DNA from: a virus
Taxonomy: Duplodnaviria > Caudoviricetes
Direction: 5' to 3' (one strand)
Virus record (IMG/VR): IMGVR_UViG_2871003000_000003
Span: 1-64,000 of that record
Length of the DNA: 64,000 nucleotides
Both the position numbers and the translations under genes were made by a program. How positions within the stretch are numbered: position 1 is the stretch's first letter; every line of letters begins with the position of its first letter. The notes under the pieces were generated by a model that searched no databases, was not told the origin of the DNA, and saw only the letters and a list, made by a program, of their open reading frames with translations. This document shows positions 53,901 to 63,501 of the stretch, piece by piece.

Positions 53901-54991
53901 GCCTGTATAATCAATATTCTCTACCAATGACCTAATTTCCGGATAAATTTCACACACTCTTGTATACATATCAGGCATAAATCTTTTAAGTTGATCACAA
54001 AACTTTGGAACATATTCTTTCTGATAAGAAGATATTTCTCCGCCCATGAGTGCATATGGTCTATATTTAATAAGTTCCACAATAAATTCAGGTGTAAAAT
54101 CTTCTTTCTTAATCATGTCATTATCTACAAAGAAATCACTATTTCGAATCGGATTATTATATCCATTAAGATGTGGCAATCCAAGATAAACATAATCTCC
54201 AATTTCGCATACAAAATTTAATGGTTTTAACGCATATTCAACATCTCCGTATTTTCCCTTATATTCCATTATTAAATATCCACATTTCCGCGCTGCTTTT
54301 GTAAAACCTTCTTTCTTTTCAATTGTGCCGTAAGGACACTTATGCCACCATAATCCGTTCAGCATCACACAACATTTGCGCTTATAAGCATCGCAATTTT
54401 CGCAATTATTACACTTATAAACAGAAATACGTTCTCTGTCACTTTTCCCAGATTTAAAAATGCTGGTTCTCGGATCATAATATGTAAAATTAATTGGTTT
54501 GTACTCTCCGATAATAATCACTCCAATTTCTATTTAATTTTGTAAATTTGGAATCCATGCTTGACTAAACATGTAAAGATATGTAATATATTAGTTGCGT
54601 TGGATTCCTAATTGTCCAATGTATTGTGTTTTCAGACACCCATCAAAGTTTGGTCGCGGAGATGTGTGTCTATTTTATTCACTTATCTTTTATGCTTCAT
54701 TATGTATTTTCGTCTGGTTGTCTCTCTCAATACATACCCACCATGCAATCTTCTGTAATTATTTGTGGTTCCATATAATGCCTGAAAAAGTTCCTTCTTA
54801 TTTAAATATGTAAGTTCACATGTAAAATGTGCTGTTTTAGAAATATCCAGCTTACTAGTAGGTTCCTGCTTATTAATCTCCTTGCTTTCGCTCAATACTG
54901 GTGCTTCTGCATTTTTTATATTTATCTTCTTACCAGTTTTAAGGTCTACAAAGCTTACATTTTGAATTCCACGTATTTCAAAACCACTCAT
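50987..54991 (-). CDS. run of hypothetical proteins (50987-51439, 51423-51848, 51852-52139 DUF551-like, 52250-52528, 52479-52823, 52807-53331, 53335-53676, 53688-54521, 54683-54991)
   Basis: Contiguous co-oriented ORFs. Confidence 0.6.
54561..54589 (+). promoter_or_regulatory. sigmaA-type promoter, antisense to the gene flow
   Basis: TTGACT-17 nt-TAATAT. Confidence 0.65.
54595..54679 (+). ncRNA. candidate antisense small RNA (about 85 nt)
   Basis: Promoter upstream; AGACAC.CATC / GATG.GTGTCT hairpin followed by ATTTTATT. Confidence 0.5.
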
Positions 54992-54996
54992 TAATT

Positions 54997-55338
54997 TTAC
55001 TCCTCGTAGATAATATCTAATCCGTAAGCAACTGCTGCATCATGCTCAATACGACAACCTCTGGCGTTTTCCCAGCCCTTGCAAAAATATACCGTATGAC
55101 ACAAACTCATATTCTCTAAAGATTTTGCGAGAAAACACAGCGGAATTTGTACGACTTCTCTCTCCTCCATTTTATCTTTCGAATACCATTCGTCTGTAAA
55201 CAAAGTATTCACAACTTCATATCCTCTATCTCTTAGATATTCAATTGCCTTTTCTCTTGTATTTACAATTTCTTCATCTGTTTTCCCCGCCATTGGCTGA
55301 CTTAACATTGCTCTCATAAATTTATTCTCCTTCATCAT
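54997..55338 (-). CDS. DUF4406-like (nucleoside deoxyribosyltransferase-fold) protein
   Basis: LSQPMAG, GWENARGCRIEH. Confidence 0.75.
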   Translation of the reverse strand: MMKENKFMRAMLSQPMAGKTDEEIVNTREKAIEYLRDRGYEVVNTLFTDEWYSKDKMEEREVVQIPLCFLAKSLENMSLCHTVYFCKGWENARGCRIEHDAAVAYGLDIIYEE

Positions 55339-55921
55339 TTAAAATTTCTTTCAATGTTACTGGTGTATAACTCCACAACATACACCCTACATTTTTTGCT
55401 ACACACTTAATTTCATATTCACTGTTTAGTTTTTTGATATACTCTTGATAATAATCTTCTTCCATAGAATTATGTACGTGTCCATATAAGTGAACAGACC
55501 ACACTCTATGCTCTTTCCCATCTCTTCTGTAATGGTGCTGATGATTCCAAAAAGCTAAAGGAAAGTGCGACATTACAATATGATGTTCTCTCCCGTCAAT
55601 ATTATCTTTTGATTCTTTATAATTCGTAACTTCTACAAATAACTGTCGGTATCTTTGATCTGTTACTTTATCGTGATTGCCTAATATTAGATGTTTATTA
55701 CCTCGTAATGTACTCACTAATTCAATCGCATCTTCATTTTCTTTCCATGCCAAATCTCCTAAAATATACACATGATCCGCATTTGTAACTTTTGAATTCC
55801 AATTTTTCTTAATAACATCATGCATTTCTTTCATTGTATTAAATGGTCTATTATCAAAATTTGATCCTTCATTCGTCACATTCTTATGAAATAAATGTAA
55901 GTCGCTAATATAATAATTCAA
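55322..55921 (-). CDS. calcineurin-like metallophosphoesterase
   Basis: SDLH, LGD, GNHD, H.P, GHVH. Confidence 0.9.
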   Translation of the reverse strand: MNYYISDLHLFHKNVTNEGSNFDNRPFNTMKEMHDVIKKNWNSKVTNADHVYILGDLAWKENEDAIELVSTLRGNKHLILGNHDKVTDQRYRQLFVEVTNYKESKDNIDGREHHIVMSHFPLAFWNHQHHYRRDGKEHRVWSVHLYGHVHNSMEEDYYQEYIKKLNSEYEIKCVAKNVGCMLWSYTPVTLKEILNDEGE

Positions 55922-55931
55922 TTCTTTACCT

Positions 55932-58239
55932 CTATTCTTCCGGAAATATCAATGTTCTTCCGACAAATCGTTTCAGTTGCTCATTAATGTCTTTAGAAAA
56001 GCAGTTATTCTTCGACATAGTATCAGCGTCAATGCAACACTCTACAATTACATTTCTATCATCAAATTTAATACATCCAATTGTTGATCCTGGCATACGA
56101 ATTACAATTGTGTTGCCCCAAATGCTTCTTGAGTCATATATGTAACATAAAGAATATGGATGAACATCTCCAAAATTATATCTAACATTGTTGTTAAGAT
56201 ATTCTGTAATTTCGCATACACATTCTTCAGCAATTATGTTTGGTTTTCTTTTAGTTAAAATAATTTCATCACCGATGTTACCACCTCCAAAAATTGAAAT
56301 CACGGTTTCATATTTTAAACTTACGAATATCATGAATACCATTTAGGAACTTCTCTGTATGCTTTTACAACATCTGCATATCCTAAATCAGATAATAATT
56401 TTAATAGTGTATTATCCGCGTGTTCCTGATATTTTATTGATCTACATTCTTTTAATATCTCCACATATTTGTCAGATAACTCCTGTACAAAAGTAGACTT
56501 TTTGTTTTTACTAAAATACCCTGTTTCATAATCAAAAATCCATTCCCCGATTTCGGTAATGTCATTGTATGAATAAAATCCTAAACAGTCTGCGGCATAT
56601 TGTAAATCAGATAACTCTTCTTCTGAATGAAGAATAATTTTTTCACAATTATTATATGTATCTTCATCCAAGAGATCTGTCATTTTTTCTCCGTCTTTAT
56701 TGTACGCTTCAATTGTTTGAAGATGTGGATATTTTAACTCAAATTCATGATGTTCGCATTCATACTCATCTTCAAACTGTTTTCCATCGTCTGCAATATA
56801 TACTGTTCTCATATTCCCTATTCTCCTTCTACCAATTCCAAGCATTCTTTCAGAAAGTTTCTTACTCTATCACGCCCACTTTCGCAATATATACCTGTAT
56901 AACATACCGGCTTATTCCAGAACGCCATCCATGCTCTTTTAAATCTTCCAATAATTCCTTTAAAATCTCCACCGCTATATGAATCCTCAAAAGAGATTTC
57001 AAAATCAGTTGAATTTTCCGTTGTATATTTAGAAAACACAACTGCTTCTGCATTATCATCACATCTGATGGTGGCTGTTTTTACATTGTTTTTCTTCATA
57101 TATTAGCTCTCTCTTTCTCCGTTTGAATTTCTGCTTCCATTATTTAACTAAGTTATCAATATTTACAGAAAATCCATCAAACTTTCCTGTCGATAAATAT
57201 TTCTTTGTATCAAAAAACATTATTTTCTTTTCTGATAGCCCCATAGAAACACCATTATCTATCAATGATTTTCTCAATAAATCAAGAACAATTTGCAACT
57301 GCTGTTTTGTATCTTCTGACATTATTTATCCCTCCTTGTATGGTTTTGGAAGTGGCTGCCATGCTACAACACTGTAATAATTTCTTTCTTCATCAAACCA
57401 ACTCCCATTTTTGTAATATAATGTCGTTGGTCTTGTTGCGTCTTCAATCATTACGACAAATTCCGCTGCATATTTATTTCTGCAATATGCTTCTTTAAAC
57501 TCTTCCTCATTCGGCAATCTCTCTTCTACCGGAATCCAACCACAACGTTTGCTATTCAGGTCATTTATGATTGTCCGCAAAAAATCTATATCCCGGTTGA
57601 ATGAAGCTATGTCCTCATCCTGCACATTTCTTGGTTTATCGTTCCACAACTCTCTTCCCGCTCTTTGTCCATAAAAGAAAGATAACTTTTCAAGGATATC
57701 GTTCGCCTGTTTCGCGATATCCGGGATATCTTCCATGCAACCATGGATAATATTCTGGCACTTGTTCACTGCCCTGTTCCATTCTAAATCTTCATTACTT
57801 TCCACACCCCTGTAAATATTGCTTGTCTCTTCCAAAATCTTCTCTAGTACGTTCATTCCGTATCCTCCTTATCCACATACTTCTCTACGACATCTACTGC
57901 GCAAGTCAACCCGTAAATATAGCTTTCCAGTTCTTCTGCTGTTTTGCTTGCTCCGTGTCTCCGCTTTTCTTCCTTCAAGGTTTCGTAGGCGTCATTTTTC
58001 ATGGATTCGATTTCTTCCACGATTTTCTCTAATACGTTCATACTTTATTTCTCGATTTCCAGCGCTTCTTTCAGCACTCTTTCCACTTCTTCCGTTTCTT
58101 TTCCCCATGATTCCGCACATCTTTTTACACCTTCCGCGTAAGCTGTAAGACTCATTACTAAGTGTTCTTCCGCACTTGCATTTGTCCAAGTTCTGCATTC
58201 TCCATTTTTGCGCAATATAGTTATCATTATTTTCATCAC
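55932..58239 (-). CDS. hypothetical proteins (55932-56342, 56330-56845, 56818-57099, 57140-57322, 57326-57856 DUF551-like, 57853-58041, 58045-58239)
   Basis: Contiguous ORFs; GWIPVEERLP...VAWQPLP in 57326-57856. Confidence 0.6.
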
Positions 58240-58609
58240 TCTACCTCCAACAACTCTGGATTGTCAAAAATATTTCCCGCCACTTCCGTCTGGTAACTCC
58301 AATAGATATCAAAATTAACAGTTAATCCATCCCCATTCATAACAAATCTTGCGGCGTCTTCTTCCCATTTACATGTAAAATAACCTTCTTCATCCGGAAG
58401 TTCTACAATATCATTCTCCCAGATCTTCTTACCGTACTTGTCGGTAAGTCCTGTGTACTGGCATATGGTGTCTGAATCGCATCTATAACACTTTTCTCCA
58501 CGCACATCTACAATCCAGATTACATCATCATATTTCGTACGCTCTAAACCCCTTCCACCCATCCTCCGTTATCTATTCTCTTTGCTTTAAAAAGTATTTC
58601 TCTGTTCAT
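58236..58609 (-). pseudogene. YopX-family gene, frameshifted
   Basis: MNREILFKAKRIDNG.WVEG in one frame, CQYTGLTDK.GKKIWENDI...GNIFDNPELL in another; shift at the G4 run 58549-58552. Confidence 0.8.
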
Positions 58610-59064
58610 AATTACTCTTTCTCCCATGACCAATTAACCTGTTCCATAACCATATCTCTCATAGTTTCTTCGATTTCCTCATCAGTTACATCATCACCAA
58701 ACTCTTCTTCAAATTCCATATTTGTTCCAGCAAAACCATAATTTGCTTTCGCTTTTACTTTTATCATCACTCTGCCTCCAACAATCCTGCTTTTATAAAT
58801 ACACCTTCCAATAACTCGCTCATTTTATTAGTATCAATGGTAATCAGCTCACATGGAAACTCTTCCTGATTTCCACAGCACGCATACAATTTTGCAATTA
58901 AAATATCATATTTTTTCATCACTCCACCTCCTCATATTCCGGACACTCCACACAATACTCATACATGTCCTCATCTGCACACTGTATATTACAAATATCG
59001 TTGTCCGGACATTCTATGCAGCAATAATCGTGTCCGCATATACTTGTTAATTTACATCTTCCCA

Positions 59065-60674
59065 TCATGATTCTTCCTCACTCCAATCCAATCTCTGACC
59101 GCAATGATTGCAGCAATCAAAATCCCAATAACGAAGCATTTTTATATCTGCCATATTTCCAAACAGCTTTTTGCATCCAGGACACGATGCTTGTCCATTC
59201 CAGTTTTCTACTTTCTTCGGCAACTGCTTTTCCAGTGCTTCGATTGCGATATCTAATGATTCTCGCAACATATAATATCCGCTTGTAGGATAATTCGCTT
59301 TTATTACTTCTATCGCTTCTCTAACTTTCTTCTCGTTCATATTTATAATCACTCCAACAATTCTTCTCTAAATCTATTACTAACAATCCCAACCATTTTA
59401 TCTAATGAACTTTCATTTATATCACGAAATATCATATATGCATGTTTATTTGTATGATAATTGTTCAATCTTACTTCAAATTCGTCATTAAATGGATAAT
59501 ATCGTATTGAGACTATCACTGACGAATTATTTTTTTAAAATTGTTTAACTGTTCCGTCCATCTTCCATCACCAAAATTCCTTCATCAATCAAATAGTTTA
59601 CTGTTCCCAACAACCCTTCCTGTGTTTTTAAATCTAATTCATTTTCAATATCTTTCTCTTGATAAAATTTATCAAACTTATATGTACACATTCCACCAAA
59701 GCAATCACATCTTGTATGAACTCTTTTATTGTAATATGGCTTATCATAAATACCTATCCAAATATCGTTATTTGCTCCATACTTTACATCCCGATCTGTT
59801 CCAATAAACTTGCTAATACACCATGCATTGATAACATTATTTCTCCAAAACAGCGGTTCCTTAATCTTTGATTCATCTCCTACACTGAGCTTGTTAATCT
59901 TTTTCATGGTAAGATTGTATTTATTCTCAACTTTAGGTTTCCTCATTCTTTTCACTCTCTTTATTTTTAGTATTTTCAGTATCCATAAAACAATTTACAC
60001 ATGCATCGATCCATTCTCCACCTTCATCCACGTAATAATCATCACCATATATTCTACACTCGTCACAATAGTCATATAAATCATCTAAATAATCGTAATT
60101 ACACATTTCTCTTTCCCGGCTTTCCACTTAATAAATTTCCATCTTCATCTCTGTCATATTTCCACATCAAATAATCGCACCAATTGTCTTTATCGAAATC
60201 ACTCATGTTGTAAAACGGATCAGAATCATCTATAACATATTGCTTGTCAAATCCTTTAATTTTCACATTCACATCATCTACAATAACTCTTTTTGATAAT
60301 CTACAAATCCATTTCATAAATTCCTGAAATGTATCTTCAAATTCTCTATCACGTAATGCACCATCAACAACAAGAATATATTCGTCTTGTGTATGTAACC
60401 AACCACGTTTATAACTTCTTCTTCCTCTTGAATCTCTTAAGTTATTTGTTCCCTCAAAAAATTCATCGCTACTGCTTGAGCTGTTATATCCTCTTTTTTG
60501 AATCACATATACTTCCATATCTCTTTCTGATCCAGTTACAACCGGAAGATGATCAAGAACAGTTTCAAGAATATACCTTTTCTCGTGTTGTGTTCTGCCT
60601 AATGGTGATACAACAATTGTTCCATGTACATATGTCCAGCTACTCATTTTTACACCTCTTTTAATATTAATCAC
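59065..60674 (-). CDS. hypothetical proteins (59065-59352 Zn ribbon, 59545-59955, 59933-60127, 60099-60674)
   Basis: Co-oriented ORFs. Confidence 0.6.
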
Positions 60675-60892
60675 ATCGGTATTTACGATCTTATATCACA
60701 TGCTGTTCACAAATATTTTCAAATAGCGACAAATGAAATAGTTTGTTGAATCAACGTTTACAGTTTCTAAATATTTGATTTACTGCAGGTGATATTTGAT
60801 TATAAACACCGATGAAAATCATATGCAGAACTTTATGTATCTTATTTTATTGAGGGTATGAAACATGTATAGAAATTTATTCCGCATATGAA

Positions 60893-60963
60893 TTGTGAAT
60901 AAAGGATTCGAACCTTTTCTAATGCTATATACCGCATCGTGCTACCATTTACACTAATCCACA
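60893..60963 (-). tRNA. tRNA-like element / pseudo-tRNA with aberrant anticodon arm
   Basis: Acceptor TGTGGAT/ATTCACA, D arm GTGT-AAATGGTA-GCAC, T arm AAAGG-TTCGAAT-CCTTT; anticodon arm ATGC-GGTATATA-GCAT; no encoded CCA. Confidence 0.7.
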
Positions 60964-60971
60964 ACTATCTT

Positions 60972-61154
60972 TTAATTAAAACTTCTATAGAAATCTCCTG
61001 TCTTATCAATACTTCTGCAAACCATGGAGTCAATTTCTCGTTTCATTTCTTCACCACATTCCGGACACATATGTCCTTCGCCTGTATACTCTTTCATCGA
61101 CATTGTAATAGTTTCTTTGTGCCCACATTTCGGACAATAGAATGGATATTTCAT
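60972..61154 (-). CDS. FmdB-like zinc ribbon protein
   Basis: YPFYCPKCGH...CPECGEEMKR. Confidence 0.75.
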   Translation of the reverse strand: MKYPFYCPKCGHKETITMSMKEYTGEGHMCPECGEEMKREIDSMVCRSIDKTGDFYRSFN

Positions 61155-61173
61155 ATTATTTATTTCTCTCCTT

Positions 61174-61548
61174 TTAGCCTTCTAACATTCTCAATTCCAT
61201 AACAAGAGCTGTAAGTTCTATCTCATTCTTTTTGATTAACGACTTAAGTTCATTGATTTTATCAATACGTTTTTTCTCTTCTTTTTTTCTCTTCATATAT
61301 GCATTCATATTAACAACGCCGACTACCTGAGCTGTAGGATTTTCGCCATATACACTCACAGGTAAAATTACTTTTACCTTTCCTAATACTCTCCTATCTT
61401 TGTTTCTTGCATTTACAACCACAAGTGTATTATTCAAATTTGCTGTTCTAAGTAATTCATATTCTTCCTTATATAATGCAAATCCATAATCTTTTTTGTT
61501 ATGGTCTTCTAGTAAGTTCACAATTGCTACTAAATCATATCCTGTCAT
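61174..61548 (-). CDS. hypothetical protein
   Basis: AAGGAG SD, 124 aa. Confidence 0.7.
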   Translation of the reverse strand: MTGYDLVAIVNLLEDHNKKDYGFALYKEEYELLRTANLNNTLVVVNARNKDRRVLGKVKVILPVSVYGENPTAQVVGVVNMNAYMKRKKEEKKRIDKINELKSLIKKNEIELTALVMELRMLEG

Positions 61549-61659
61549 AGTTTTATTCTCCTTTTTAATCTAATAATTCTTTATCGATAATCTGTTTCCA
61601 TCCTTATATTTGTATAAATTACATCTTTTTCTATTTTTTATAATGCAGCTTTCGATCGC

Positions 61660-61889
61660 ATTTCAATCCTCATACTAATGTAAACTACATCTCCATTCCA
61701 TTCAGAAGTTCACAGGTGATATGCAATTTAAATCCTCATACTTATGTAAACTACATCATACAATGCCCCTGCTATGTTCTCATCTGTTTGCGATTTCAAT
61801 CCTCATACTTATGTAAACTACATCTTATTAAATCAGATGTTATTAAAACATACGGGTATTTCAATCCTCATACTTATGTAAACTACATC
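61660..61889 (-). CRISPR. CRISPR mini-array, 4 x 32-bp repeats, 3 spacers (34, 35, 33 bp)
   Basis: Repeats at 61660-61691, 61726-61757, 61793-61824, 61858-61889; minus-strand consensus GATGTAGTTTACATAAGTATGAGGATTGAAAT; the two leader-distal copies each carry one substitution. Confidence 0.95.
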
Positions 61890-62096
61890 ATCAAAAATAC
61901 ACAAATATGACATATCTATTTTATGTAACTTACACAATTCTAAGGTTACAAAAGCGTTATCCGTTTTCGTATATGTAAATAAATGATTACTACTCACTGA
62001 TTTCTTTTATCTACTTTAGTGCGAATAAACCGTATAACTTATGTTCACTTCATATTCGCACATGGCGGCGTTGAACCTGCAACCATGTATATGTAT
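61890..62096 (-). promoter_or_regulatory. CRISPR leader / possible RNA scaffold
   Basis: AT-rich 207 bp with 9-bp inverted repeat GTGCGAATA/TATTCGCAC (62019-62061) and further hairpins. Confidence 0.7.
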
Positions 62097-63501
62097 TTAA
62101 GCTATTTGCTTCTTATATTCTTTCTCTTTAGCCATATTCAAAATATTAATTGCAGCATTAATGTCTCTATCATGAATCGCTCCACATTCAGGACAAATCC
62201 AGCCTCTTATTTTTGTATCTTTTGTTTTTACGTTCACAAAACCACATTTACTGCATGTTTGTGTTGATTTTTTATATTGTCCAATTGCAACAACAGGTAC
62301 ACCATATTCTTCACCTTTTCTTTTTAATAAAGTAAGAATTTCTCCCATCGCCGCATCAGATAAATTATCATTTCTCACTCTTGTTTTTCTTGACATACAT
62401 ATCTTTAACCGACAAAGTTTCTATTCCAATAAAGTCTGATCTTTTTATAACTTCTAACACCATATTCTCCATATGATATTTTCTTTGTCGTGTTACCTTT
62501 CTTTCTAATTTTGCTTTTTTAACTTTTGTTTCTATGTATCTTTTAGAAGGCTTTAATTCAACATTTTCTTTTCTTAATTCACTTAACCTTTTCCTAAACT
62601 CAATATTGCTATACCCTTGCCTTCTGGATAATTGTCTATTTAACATCTCACGATGTTGACGAACACTTCCGTCTTTACCATTTTTGAATCTAGGATTATC
62701 ATATTTTGTTCCGTCTGATAAAGTCATCAAAGTTGAAATTCCAACATCAATTCCAATTTCTCTTTTCTCTTCTTCTACTTTCACAATCTTATAAATATCT
62801 TTCATACATAGCTGTAAAAAGTAATCACCACAATTATCTTTTTTTACAGTTGTTAATATTTGTTGTTTCTTATGTAAATTCACATATTCTTCAAAATTCA
62901 TCGTGCATGATGAATCAAACCAGATATTTTTTAGGCATCCTTTAATCCCCCTAATCTTTACCTTTCCGATTTTAGCTAAATTAAAATATGCTACATTTTT
63001 ATTCTCATCATTAAAGCTCATTTTTCTCAGAAATTCTTGATATGTATAACTTGTTCTCGGATGTTTCTTTGAATAATATGGAGGTTTACTGTTCTCAATC
63101 GGTCTTTTAACTCCCTTTCCGTTTGTTTTCTTATTAGAATTTTCTCCACTCACTTGAGCATCCAATCGCTTCGACAAATCACACAAGAAAACTCCATTCT
63201 CACCAGACAAAGCACCCGCTGGAATCAATTTAATGTCTTCTCTCCTACTTCTTAACACATCCAAATACTGTTTCTTTGCAATAGACTTTACATCCGGAAA
63301 ATGAACAGTTTGTCCTCCATTCTTTTTGTCTGGTCTTTCAATTGTATTAACTTTATTTTCAAACATATCATAAACAGCCATATTACATGCTTTATGTAAA
63401 GCTAAGATAATTCTATCTATTAATTCACTCTGTTCTTTATTTGGATACATTCTAAAATTGAAAGTATACACCGGTATTTTTATAACTTTTTCAACTAGCA
63501 T
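62097..63501 (-). CDS. TnpB-derived / Cas12f-like type V effector, about 467 aa if the one-base frameshift near 62397 is corrected
   Basis: N-terminal FRMYPNKEQ; RuvC-I GIDVG, RuvC-II IETL, Zn finger CSKC/CPEC, RuvC-III DRDINAA; AAGGAGG SD; adjacent array. Confidence 0.85.

Noticed and set aside
60851-60864. TGAGGGTATGAAAC as an anti-repeat (tracrRNA)
   Set aside because: Short, gapped similarity 800 bp from the array; not distinguishable from chance
61560-61659. Missing RT C-terminus on the far side of the array
   Set aside because: The minus-strand frames show no RT motif 6/7 or thumb-like sequence
61716-61910. 64 aa ORF with repeated NPHTYVNYI
   Set aside because: Translation of the CRISPR repeats
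61921-61935. TTATGTAACTTACAC as a fifth repeat
   Set aside because: Only a partial match, on the leader side, and spacing is too short for a full repeat-spacer unit
60893-62400. tRNA-like element as a +1 suppressor (UAUA reading UAUG) repairing the effector frameshift
   Set aside because: The arm is more simply one base short than one base long, lacks U33, and the match is easily chance in AT-rich DNA
154-62945. Plus-strand ORFs in the track, including the 240 aa ORF at 32393-33115
   Set aside because: Antisense shadows of well-supported minus-strand genes, with no recognisable motifs
62097-63501. Ordinary IS200/IS605 or IS607 element
   Set aside because: No tnpA or serine recombinase and no clear subterminal end hairpins; a leader and array follow instead
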